Shown: positions 23,868 through 35,800 of the stretch, one piece after another | Layout: each line of letters begins with the position of its first letter | How positions within the stretch are numbered: position 1 is the first letter of the stretch | Assembly (NCBI GenBank): GCA_030390025.1 | Contig: CM059432.1 | Coordinates: forward strand, 2,666,001-2,730,000 | DNA length: 64,000 nt | DNA from: Squalus acanthias | Lineage: Eukaryota | Direction of reading: 5' to 3' | The notes under the pieces: generated by a model | What the model was told of the DNA's origin: nothing | What the model saw: the letters and a program-made list of their open reading frames with translations, nothing else | Databases searched by the model: none | Made by a program: the position numbers and the translations under genes

Positions 23868-24695
23868 AACTATTCCACCGCTCTCCTGGTCGGCCTCTCA
23901 CCTTGCACCCTCTGTAAACTTCAGCTCATCCAAAACTCTGCTGGCCGTATCCTAACTCACACCAAGTCGCGTTCACCCATCACCGCCCGCCCGCCCCCCC
24001 CCACCAATGCTCGCTTGGCTCCCGGTCCAGCAACGCCTCGATTTTTAAAATTCTCATCCTTGTTTTTAAATCCCTCCATGGCCCTCGCCACCCTCCCTAT
24101 CTCTGTAACCTGCTCCAACCCTCCAAGAACGCTGCACTCTTCCAATTCTGACCTTGCAGGGCAAGTGCACTGATATTGTTGGTAAACGTACGTTACAGCG
24201 GATATAACTTCTGGGATTTCGCTGGTAGTCTGGACTTCACCAAGTGGCATGTTGGGGATGCTCTTCATCCCTCTTCCTCTCACCCTATCAGCATATCCTT
24301 CTATTCCTTTCTCCCTCGTGCTTAATAACTCCCCCCTAAATGCATCTGCTATTGGCCTCAACCACTCCCTGTGGTAGCGAGTTCCACATTCTCACCACTC
24401 TCTGGGTAAAGAAGTTTCTCCTGAATTCCCTCTTGGATTTATTAGTGACTATTTTGTAATTACGGCCCCTAGTTCTGCTCTTGCCCGCGAGTTGAAACAT
24501 CTTCTCTACATCTACCCTATCAAACCCTTTCACAATCTTGAAGACCTCTATCAGGTCACCCCCTCAGCCTTCTCTATTCTAGAGAAAAGAGCCGCAGCCT
24601 GTTCAATCTTTCCTGATAAATATAACCTCTCAGTTCTGGTATCGTTCTAGTAAATCCTTTTTGCACCTTCTCCAGTGCCTCTATATGCTTTTTAT
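23868..24695. mobile_element. L2 fragment (+; 23868-24150) and CR1 fragment (-; 24270-24695)
   Basis: atccaaaactctgctg..cctaactcacaccaagtc matches the L2 at 57643; minus peptide GFDRVDVEKMF..RRNFFTQRVV. Confidence 0.8.
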
Positions 24696-25290
24696 GTCCT
24701 GCACTCTTTATACACCGTGCATATAAATATCTATTCTCCGAAGGTTTTGATTAACAGGACGATGAATATAGAATTGTTTTTGAGCGCTCTTGAGTTAGTG
24801 CAGCTGTAAGGGCTGCAGTGGAAGACCCTTTAGCCCATGGTAAAGGCCCTGATAATACGTAGAATGGGCTATTATTGTACTTTTTTCAGCTTCCTCCCAT
24901 ACTAAGCCTATGGGTGTGACTGCGGAATCTCCCAGCTGCCTTTTTAAGCCTCGAGTGAATGCATAGTTAGAACGTGGAAGGTGGCCCCTGTAACTGGAGT
25001 TAATTTAATTCCAACTGAATTCTGCCCAGGTAATCTTTTAATAAAATCCTACCCTTTTTTTTAAATGCACGATTGCTTTGAATATGCATTTAATTCTGTT
25101 GCAGTTTTTGTTTCGTTAACCACTCAATGAAAAAGAGTTGCTCGGTTGGTTTGTGTCTCACCTTTTTGAATTGCCAGGAAGTTCAGGTTATGTAAAAACG
25201 AGGCATTTAAATTTGGCTAAAAACTGAATTTGATTCCATTTCTGGTCAAATTTTTAAATTTAAAAAAAAATAAAAAAATTCACTAACGTT

Positions 25291-25414
25291 GACCTGGGAG
25301 TGTATTAAATACCGCGGACCTGGGAGTATATTAAATACCGCGGACCTGGGAGTATATTAAATACCGCGGACCTGGGAGTATATTAAATACCGCGGACCTG
25401 GGAGTATATTAAAT
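25291..25414. repeat. 26-bp minisatellite, ~4.8 copies (GACCTGGGAGTATATTAAATACCGCG)
   Basis: Copies start at 25291, 25317, 25343, 25369 and 25395; one substitution in the first copy. Confidence 0.95.
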
Positions 25415-25422
25415 GTAAGACC

Positions 25423-25701
25423 GAATGTTCCCTGTGAGCTGCGCTTTGTTCTGCGCGGCCTGTTTCCTTTAATGCGTGGTCCCTTTAAACTTCTGCGCCT
25501 GGACCAGTTGGGCCGAATGGCCTGTTTCTGTGCTCTAAATTCAGCGTAGCGCGCACTTTGGTCGTGGCCCACCCTCCGTCCCATAATTACACCTCCATGA
25601 TTAATCTGCTAAATGCACGCAAAGCGGTATTTACAATGTGAAAGCCAGCGAGCGGCCTGCGCAATACCTTTCCCCATTACTGCGCGATAGAGGGAACATT
25701 A
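25423..25701. mobile_element. hAT-type MITE
   Basis: TIRs gaatgttccct / agggaacatta; flanked by gtaagacc and gtaagact (8-bp TSD, 1 mismatch); contains a short CR1-tail piece at ~25501-25535. Confidence 0.78.
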
Positions 25702-26266
25702 GTAAGACTGCGCAAACTGTTTCTGTGTTTTTTTTAAAGTTTTATGGTTGGCTTTAACAAAGAGGTGACTGAATATGGAAGTCTGATTTCTTCTGGTATG
25801 TTCTGTGGCTTTCTTCTCGACTGTAGCTTGATCTCGCTTTTCCCCTGAGCAAGTTTTTGAAGCCTGTGGAAAACAGCAAACGCCCAAGGTCCTGATTTAA
25901 CGAGTTGTTTTTTTTGTCTTTCTCTCTCTCTCTCCCCCCCCACCTTCTATTCTGTTGGTGTTTCGTTTGGCCGACTGTTCACGGTTTCAGTCTGCTTTTC
26001 AAGTAATAGCTTAACTGTTATAACAGCAACAAGGAAGGAAAAAGTGAACTCTATAGAATCTATGTAGGCATCAGGTTTTTGTATATCCTGAAACCTGATT
26101 TGAAATAGTTATTTGAGTAACCCTTCCAATGGAAATTGATGCCGGTTTCAAACATTTTTTTATTGTAAACGGCATTCCACTCCCTCCCTCGTGGTGTGTC
26201 CTTCTGTTTCCATAAGCCCTCAAGCGCAAACGATTGGCCCAGGAGAGTTGTAGACATCCCCAAAGG

Positions 26267-26689
26267 CTCTGTGTCTGTGTCTCTCCGTGTCTGTCTCTCT
26301 CTGTCTCTCTCTGTCTGTCTCTCTGTCTCTGTGTCTGTCTCTCTCTGTCTCTGTGTCTGTCTCTCTCTGTCTCTGTGTCTGTCTCTCTCTGTCTGTGTCT
26401 CTGTCTCTCTCTGTCTGTGTCTCTGTCTCTCTCTGTCTGTGTCTCTGTCTCTCTCTGTCTGTGTCTCTGTCTCTCTCTGTCTGTGTCTCTGTCTCTCTCT
26501 GTCTGTGTCTCTGTCTCTCTCTGTCTGTGTCTCTGTCTCTCTCTGTCTGTGTCTCTGTCTCTCTCTGTCTCTCTCTGTCTGTGTCTCTGTCTCTCTCTGT
26601 CTGTGTCTCTGTCTCTCTCTGTCTGTGTCTCTGTCTCTCTCTCTGTCTGTGTCTCTGTCTCTCTCTCTGTCTGTGTGTCTGTGTCTCAG

Positions 26690-26737
<48 letters not shown>

Positions 26738-26781
26738 TCTGTCTGTCTCTCTCTCTCTCTGTCTCTCTCTCTCTCTCTGTC

Positions 26782-26821
<40 letters not shown>

Positions 26822-29800
26822 TCTGTCTCTGTCTCTCTGTCTCTGTCTCTCTGTCTCTGTTTCTCTCTGTCTCTGTTTCTCTCTGTCTCTGTGTCTCTCT
26901 CTGTCTCTCTGTCTCTGGCTCTCTCTCTCTCTGGCTCTCTCTCTCTCTGGCTCTGGCTCTGTCTCTCTGTCTCTGGCTCTGCCCCTCTGTCTCTGGCTCT
27001 GCCCCTCTGTCTCTGGCTCTGCCCCTCTGTCTCTGGCTCTGCCCCTCTGTCTCTGGCTCTGCCCCTCTGTCTCTGTCTCTGCCCCTCTGTCTCTGTCTCT
27101 GCCCCTCTGTCTCTGTCTCTGCCCCTCTGTCTCTGTCTCTGCCCCTCTGTCTCTGTCTCTGCCCCTCTGTCTCTGTCTCTGCCCCTCTGTCTCTGTCTCT
27201 GCCCCTCTGTCTCTGTCTCTGCCCCTCTGTCTCTGTCTCTGCCCCTCTGTCTCTGTCTCTGCCCCTCTGTCTCTGTCTCTGCCCCTCTGTCTCTGTCTCT
27301 GCCCCTCTGTCTCTGTCTCTGCCCCTCTGTCTCTGTCTCTGCCCCTCTGTCTCTGTCTCTGCCCCTCTGTCTCTGTCTCTGCCCCTCTGTCTCTGTCTCT
27401 GCCCCTCTGTCTCTGTCTCTGCCCCTCTGTCTCTGTCTCTGCCCCTCTGTCTCTGTCTCTGCCCCTCTGTCTCTGTCTCTGCCCCTCTGTCTCTGTCTCT
27501 GCCCCTCTGTCTCTGTCTCTGTCTCTGCCCCTCTGTCTCTGTCTCTGTCTCTGCCCCTCTGTCTCTGTCTCTGTCTCTGCCCCTCTGTCTCTGTCTCTGT
27601 CTCTGCCCCTGACCCTCTGTCTCTGTCTCTGTCTCTGCCCCTGACCCTCTGTCTCTGCCCCTGACCCTCTGTCTCTGCCCCTGACCCTCTGTCTCTGCCC
27701 CTGACCCTCTGTCTCTGCCCCTGACCCTCTGTCTCTGCCCCTGACCCTCTGTCTCTGCCCCTGACCCTCTGTCTCTGCCCCTGACCCTCTGTCTCTGCCC
27801 CTGACCCTCTGTCTCTGCCCCTGACCCTCTGTCTCTGCCCCTGACCCTCTGTCTCTGCCCCTGACCCTCTGTCTCTGCCCCTGACCCTCTGTCTCTGCCC
27901 CTGACCCTCTGTCTCTGCCCCTGACCCTCTGTCTCTGCCCCTGACCCTCTGTCTCTGCCCCTGACCCTCTGTCTCTGCCCCTGACCCTCTGTCTCTGCCC
28001 CTGACCCTCTGTCTCTGCCCCTGACCCTCTGTCTCTGCCCCTGACCCTCTGTCTCTGCCCCTGACCCTCTGTCTCTGCCCCTGACCCTCTGTCTCTGCCC
28101 TGACCCTCTGTCTCTGCCCCTGACCCTCTGTCTCTGCCCCTGACCCTCTGTCTCTGCCCCTGACCCTCTGTCTCTGCCCCTGACCCTCTGTCTCTGCCCC
28201 TGACCCTCTGTCTCTGCCCCTGACCCTCTGTCTCTGCCCCTGACCCTCTGTCTCTGCCCCTGACCCTCTGTCTCTGCCCCTGACCCTCTGTCTCTGCCCC
28301 TGACCCTCTGTCTCTGCCCCTGACCCTCTGTCTCTGCCCTGACCCTCTGTCTCTGCCCCTGACCCTCTGTCTCTGCCCCTGACCCTCTGTCTCTGCCCCT
28401 GACCCTCTGTCTCTGCCCCTGACCCTCTGTCTCTGCCCCTGACCCTCTGTCTCTGCCCCTGACCCTCTGTCTCTGCCCCTGACCCTCTGTCTCTGCCCCT
28501 GACCCTCTGTCTCTGCCCCTGACCCTCTGTCTCTGCCCCTGACCCTCTGTCTCTGCCCCTGACCCTCTGTCTCTGCCCCTGACCCTCTGTCTCTGCCCCT
28601 GACCCTCTGTCTCTGCCCCTGACCCTCTGTCTCTGCCCCTGACCCTCTGTCTCTGCCCCTGACCCTCTGTCTCTGCCCCTGACCCTCTGTCTCTGCCCTG
28701 ACCCTCTGTCTCTGCCCCTGACCCTCTGTCTCTGCCCCTGACCCTCTGTCTCTGCCCCTGACCCTCTGTCTCTGCCCCTGACCCTCTGTCTCTGCCCCTG
28801 ACCCTCTGTCTCTGCCCCTGACCCTCTGTCTCTGCCCCTGACCCTCTGTCTCTGCCCCTGACCCTCTGTCTCTGCCCCTGACCCTCTGTCTCTGCCCCTG
28901 ACCCTCTGTCTCTGCCCCTGACCCTCTGTCTCTGCCCCTGACCCTCTGTCTCTGCCCCTGACCCTCTGTCTCTGCCCCTGACCCTCTGTCTCTGGCCCCT
29001 GACCCTCTGTCTCTGCCCCTGACCCTCTGTCTCTGCCCCTGACCCTCTGTCTCTGCCCCTGACCCTCTGTCTCTGCCCCTGACCCTCTGTCTCTGCCCCT
29101 GACCCTCTGTCTCTGCCCCTGACCCTCTGTCTCTGCCCCTGACCCTCTGTCTCTGCCCCTGACCCTCTGTCTCTGCCCCTGACCCTCTGTCTCTGCCCCT
29201 GACCCTCTGTCTCTGCCCCTGACCCTCTGTCTCTGCCCCTGACCCTCTGTCTCTGCCCCTGACCCTCTGTCTCTGCCCCTGACCCTCTGTCTCTGCCCCT
29301 GACCCTCTGTCTCTGCCCCTGACCCTCTGTCTCTGCCCCTGACCCTCTGTCTCTGCCCCTGACCCTCTGTCTCTGCCCCTGACCCTCTGTCTCTGCCCCT
29401 GACCCTCTGTCTCTGCCCCTGACCCTCTGTCTCTGCCCCTGACCCTCTGTCTCTGCCCCTGACCCTCTGTCTCTGCCCCTGACCCTCTGTCTCTGCCCCT
29501 GACCCTCTGTCTCTGCCCCTGACCCTCTGTCTCTGCCCCTGACCCTCTGTCTCTGCCCCTGACCCTCTGTCTCTGCCCCTGACCCTCTGTCTCTGCCCCT
29601 GACCCTCTGTCTCTGCCCCTGACCCTCTGTCTCTGCCCCTGACCCTCTGTCTCTGCCCCTGACCCTCTGTCTCTGCCCTGACCCTCTGTCTCTGCCCCTG
29701 ACCCTCTGTCTCTGCCCCTGACCCTCTGTCTCTGCCCCTGACCCTCTGTCTCTGCCCCTGACCCTCTGTCTCTGCCCCTGACCCTCTGTCTCTGCCCCTG

Positions 29801-32800
29801 ACCCTCTGTCTCTGCCCCTGACCCTCTGTCTCTGCCCCTGACCCTCTGTCTCTGCCCCTGACCCTCTGTCTCTGCCCCTGACCCTCTGTCTCTGCCCCTG
29901 ACCCTCTGTCTCTGCCCCTGACCCTCTGTCTCTGCCCCTGACCCTCTGTCTCTGCCCCTGACCCTCTGTCTCTGCCCCTGACCCTCTGTCTCTGCCCCTG
30001 ACCCTCTGTCTCTGCCCCTGACCCTCTGTCTCTGCCCCTGACCCTCTGTCTCTGCCCCTGACCCTCTGTCTCTGCCCCTGACCCTCTGTCTCTGCCCCTG
30101 ACCCTCTGTCTCTGCCCCTGACCCTCTGTCTCTGCCCCTGACCCTCTGTCTCTGCCCCTGACCCTCTGTCTCTGCCCCTGACCCTCTGTCTCTGCCCCTG
30201 ACCCTCTGTCTCTGCCCTGACCCTCTGTCTCTGCCCCTGACCCTCTGTCTCTGCCCCTGACCCTCTGTCTCTGCCCCTGACCCTCTGTCTCTGCCCCTGA
30301 CCCTCTGTCTCTGCCCCTGACCCTCTGTCTCTGCTGCCCCTGACCCTCTGTCTCTGCCCCTGACCCTCTGTCTCTGCCCCTGACCCTCTGTCTCTGCCCC
30401 TGACCCTCTGTCTCTGCCCCTGACCCTCTGTCTCTGCCCCTGACCCTCTGTCTCTGCCCCTGACCCTCTGTCTCTGCCCCTGACCCTCTGTCTCTGCCCC
30501 TGACCCTCTGTCTCTGCCCCTGACCCTCTGTCTCTGCCCCTGACCCTCTGTCTCTGCCCCTGACCCTCTGTCTCTGCCCCTGACCCTCTGTCTCTGCCCC
30601 TGACCCTCTGTCTCTGCCCCTGACCCTCTGTCTCTGCCCCTGACCCTCTGTCTCTGCCCCTGACCCTCTGTCTCTGCCCCTGACCCTCTGTCTCTGCCCC
30701 TGACCCTCTGTCTCTGCCCCTGACCCTCTGTCTCTGCCCCTGACCCTCTGTCCTCTGCCCCTGACCCTCTGTCTCTGCCCTGACCCTCTGTCTCTGCCCC
30801 TGACCCTCTGTCTCTGCCCCTGACCCTCTGTCTCTGCCCCTGACCCTCTGTCTCTGCCCCTGACCCTCTGTCTCTGCCCCTGACCCTCTGTCTCTGCCCC
30901 TGACCCTCTGTCTCTGCCCCTGACCCTCTGTCTCTGCCCCTGACCCTCTGTCTCTGCCCCTGACCCTCTGTCTCTGCCCCTGACCCTCTGTCTCTGCCCC
31001 TGACCCTCTGTCTCTGCCCCTGACCCTCTGTCTCTGCCCCTGACCCTCTGTCTCTGCCCCTGACCCTCTGTCTCTGCCCCTGACCCTCTGTCTCTGCCCC
31101 TGACCCTCTGTCTCTGCCCCTGACCCTCTGTCTCTGCCCCTGACCCTCTGTCTCTGCCCCTGACCCTCTGTCTCTGCCCCTGACCCTCTGTCTCTGCCCC
31201 TGACCCTCTGTCTCTGCCCCTGACCCTCTGTCTCTGCCCCTGACCCTCTGTCTCTGCCCCTGACCCTCTGTCTCTGCCCCTGACCCTCTGTCTCTGCCCC
31301 TGACCCTCTGTCTCTGCCCCTGACCCTCTGTCTCTGCCCCTGACCCTCTGTCTCTGCCCCTGACCCTCTGTCTCTGCCCCTGACCCTCTGTCTCTGCCCC
31401 TGACCCTCTGTCTCTGCCCCTGACCCTCTGTCTCTGCCCCTGACCCTCTGTCTCTGCCCCTGACCCTCTGTCTCTGCCCCTGACCCTCTGTCTCTGCCCC
31501 TGACCCTCTGTCTCTGCCCCTGACCCTCTGTCTCTGCCCCTGACCCTCTGTCTCTGCCCCTGACCCTCTGTCTCTGCCCCTGACCCTCTGTCTCTGCCCC
31601 TGACCCTCTGTCTCTGCCCCTGACCCTCTGTCTCTGCCCCTGACCCTCTGTCTCTGCCCCTGACCCTCTGTCTCTGCCCCTGACCCTCTGTCTCTGCCCC
31701 TGACCCTCTGTCTCTGCCCCTGACCCTCTGTCTCTGCCCCTGACCCTCTGTCTCTGCCCCTGACCCTCTGTCTCTGCCCCTGACCCTCTGTCTCTGCCCC
31801 TGACCCTCTGTCTCTGCCCCTGACCCTCTGTCTCTGCCCCTGACCCTCTGTCTCTGCCCCTGACCCTCTGTCTCTGCCCCTGACCCTCTGTCTCTGCCCC
31901 TGACCCTCTGTCTCTGCCCCTGACCCTCTGTCTCTGCCCCTGACCCTCTGTCTCTGCCCCTGACCCTCTGTCTCTGCCCCTGACCCTCTGTCTCTGCCCC
32001 TGACCCTCTGTCTCTGCCCCTGACCCTCTGTCTCTGCCCCTGACCCTCTGTCTCTGCCCCTGACCCTCTGTCTCTGCCCCTGACCCTCTGTCTCTGCCCC
32101 TGACCCTCTGTCTCTGCCCCTGACCCTCTGTCTCTGCCCCTGACCCTCTGTCTCTGCCCCTGACCCTCTGTCTCTGCCCCTGACCCTCTGTCTCTGCCCC
32201 TGACCCTCTGTCTCTGCCCCTGACCCTCTGTCTCTGCCCCTGACCCTCTGTCTCTGCCCCTGACCCTCTGTCTCTGCCCCTGACCCTCTGTCTCTGCCCC
32301 TGACCCTCTGTCTCTGCCCCTGACCCTCTGTCTCTGCCCCTGACCCTCTGTCTCTGCCCCTGACCCTCTGTCTCTGCCCCTGACCCTCTGTCTCTGCCCC
32401 TGACCCTCTGTCTCTGCCCCTGACCCTCTGTCTCTGCCCCTGACCCTCTGTCTCTGCCCTGACCCTCTGTCTCTGCCCCTGACCCTCTGTCTCTGCCCCT
32501 GACCCTCTGTCTCTGCCCCTGACCCTCTGTCTCTGCCCCTGACCCTCTGTCTCTGCCCCTGACCCTCTGTCTCTGCCCCTGACCCTCTGTCTCTGCCCCT
32601 GACCCTCTGTCTCTGCCCCTGACCCTCTGTCTCTGCCCCTGACCCTCTGTCTCTGCCCCTGACCCTCTGTCTCTGCCCCTGACCCTCTGTCTCTGCCCCT
32701 GACCCTCTGTCTCTGCCCCTGACCCTCTGTCTCTGCCCCTGACCCTCTGTCTCTGCCCCTGACCCTCTGTCTCTGCCCCTGACCCTCTGTCTCTGCCCCT

Positions 32801-35800
32801 GACCCTCTGTCTCTGCCCCTGACCCTCTGTCTCTGCCCCTGACCCTCTGTCTCTGCCCCTGACCCTCTGTCTCTGCCCCTGACCCTCTGTCTCTGCCCCT
32901 GACCCTCTGTCTCTGCCCCTGACCCTCTGTCTCTGCCCCTGACCCTCTGTCTCTGCCCCTGACCCTCTGTCTCTGCCCCTGACCCTCTGTCTCTGCCCCT
33001 GACCCTCTGTCTCTGCCCCTGACCCTCTGTCTCTGCCCCTGACCCTCTGTCTCTGCCCCTGACCCTCTGTCTCTGCCCCTGACCCTCTGTCTCTGCCCCT
33101 GACCCTCTGTCTCTGCCCCTGACCCTCTGTCTCTGCCCCTGACCCTCTGTCTCTGCCCCTGACCCTCTGTCTCTGCCCCTGACCCTCTGTCTCTGCCCCT
33201 GACCCTCTGTCTCTGCCCCTGACCCTCTGTCTCTGCCCCTGACCCTCTGTCTCTGCCCCTGACCCTCTGTCTCTGCCCCTGACCCTCTGTCTCTGCCCCT
33301 GACCCTCTGTCTCTGCCCCTGACCCTCTGTCTCTGCCCCTGACCCTCTGTCTCTGCCCCTGACCCTCTGTCTCTGCCCCTGACCCTCTGTCTCTGCCCCT
33401 GACCCTCTGTCTCTGCCCCTGACCCTCTGTCTCTGCCCCTGACCCTCTGTCTCTGCCCCTGACCCTCTGTCTCTGCCCCTGACCCTCTGTCTCTGCCCCT
33501 GACCCTCTGTCTCTGCCCCTGACCCTCTGTCTCTGCCCCTGACCCTCTGTCTCTGCCCCTGACCCTCTGTCTCTGCCCCTGACCCTCTGTCTCTGCCCCT
33601 GACCCTCTGTCTCTGCCCCTGACCCTCTGTCTCTGCCCCTGACCCTCTGTCTCTGCCCCTGACCCTCTGTCTCTGCCCCTGACCCTCTGTCTCTGCCCCT
33701 GACCCTCTGTCTCTGCCCCTGACCCTCTGTCTCTGCCCCTGACCCTCTGTCTCTGCCCCTGACCCTCTGTCTCTGCCCCTGACCCTCTGTCTCTGCCCCT
33801 GACCCTCTGTCTCTGCCCCTGACCCTCTGTCTCTGCCCCTGACCCTCTGTCTCTGCCCCTGACCCTCTGTCTCTGCCCCTGACCCTCTGTCTCTGCCCCT
33901 GACCCTCTGTCTCTGCCCCTGACCCTCTGTCTCTGCCCCTGACCCTCTGTCTCTGCCCCTGACCCTCTGTCTCTGCCCCTGACCCTCTGTCTCTGCCCCT
34001 GACCCTCTGTCTCTGCCCCTGACCCTCTGTCTCTGCCCCTGACCCTCTGTCTCTGCCCCTGACCCTCTGTCTCTGCCCCTGACCCTCTGTCTCTGCCCCT
34101 GACCCTCTGTCTCTGCCCCTGACCCTCTGTCTCTGCCCCTGACCCTCTGTCTCTGCCCCTGACCCTCTGTCTCTGCCCCTGACCCTCTGTCTCTGCCCCT
34201 GACCCTCTGTCTCTGCCCCTGACCCTCTGTCTCTGCCCCTGACCCTCTGTCTCTGCCCCTGACCCTCTGTCTCTGCCCCTGACCCTCTGTCTCTGCCCCT
34301 GACCCTCTGTCTCTGCCCCTGACCCTCTGTCTCTGCCCCTGACCCTCTGTCTCTGCCCCTGACCCTCTGTCTCTGCCCCTGACCCTCTGTCTCTGCCCCT
34401 GACCCTCTGTCTCTGCCCCTGACCCTCTGTCTCTGCCCCTGACCCTCTGTCTCTGCCCCTGACCCTCTGTCTCTGCCCCTGACCCTCTGTCTCTGCCCCT
34501 GACCCTCTGTCTCTGCCCCTGACCCTCTGTCTCTGCCCCTGACCCTCTGTCTCTGCCCCTGACCCTCTGTCTCTGCCCCTGACCCTCTGTCTCTGCCCCT
34601 GACCCTCTGTCTCTGCCCCTGACCCTCTGTCTCTGCCCCTGACCCTCTGTCTCTGCCCCTGACCCTCTGTCTCTGCCCCTGACCCTCTGTCTCTGCCCCT
34701 GACCCTCTGTCTCTGCCCCTGACCCTCTGTCTCTGCCCCTGACCCTCTGTCTCTGCCCCTGACCCTCTGTCTCTGCCCCTGACCCTCTGTCTCTGCCCCT
34801 GACCCTCTGTCTCTGCCCCTGACCCTCTGTCTCTGCCCCTGACCCTCTGTCTCTGCCCCTGACCCTCTGTCTCTGCCCCTGACCCTCTGTCTCTGCCCCA
34901 TGACCCTCTGTCTCTGCCCCTGACCCTCTGTCTCTGCCCCCTGACCCTCTGTCTCTGCCACTAGCCCTCTGTCTCTGCCCCTGACCCTCTGTCTCTGCCC
35001 CTGACCCTCTGTCTCTGCCCCTGACCCTCTGTCTCTGCCCCTGACCCTCTGTCTCTGCCCCTGACCCTCTGTCTCTGCCCCTGACCTCTGTCTCTGCCCT
35101 GAACCCTCTGTCTCTGCCCCTGACCCTCTGTCTCTGCCCCTGACCCTCTGCTCTGCCCTGCCCCTCTGTCTCTGCCCTGACCCTCTGTCTCTGCCCCTGA
35201 CCCTCTGTCTCTGCCCCTGACCCTCTGTCTCTGCCCCTGACCCTCTGTCTCTGCCCTGACCCTCTGTCTCTGCCCCTGACCCTCTGTCTCTGCCCCTGAC
35301 CCTCTGTCTCTGCCCCTGACTCCTACTGTCTCTGCCCTGACCCTCTGTCTCTTGCCCTGACCCTCTGTCTCTGCCCCTGACCCTCTGTCTCTGCCCCTGA
35401 CCCTCCTGTCTCTGCCCCTGACCCCTCTGTCTCTGCCCATGACCCTCGTCTCTGCCCCTGACCCTCTGTCTCTGCCCCTGACCCTCTGTCTCTGCCCCTG
35501 ACCCTCTGTCTCTGCCCCTGACCCTCTGTCTCTGCCCCTGACCCTCTGTCTCTGCCCCTGACCCTCTGTCTCTGCCCCTGACCCTCTGTCTCTGCCCCTG
35601 ACCCTCTGTCTCTGCCCCTGACCCTCTGTCTCTGCCCCTGACCCTCTGTCTCTGCCCCTGACCCTCTGTCTCTGCCCCTGACCCTCTGTCTCTGCCCCTG
35701 ACCCTCTGTCTCTGCCCCTGACCCTCTGTCTCTGCCCCTGACCCTCTGTCTCTGCCCCTGACCCTCTGTCTCTGCCCCTGACCCTCTGTCTCTGCCCCTG

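Noticed and set aside
25291..25414. 26-bp repeats as a CRISPR array
   Set aside because: Head-to-tail with no spacers, in a vertebrate intron, with no cas genes.
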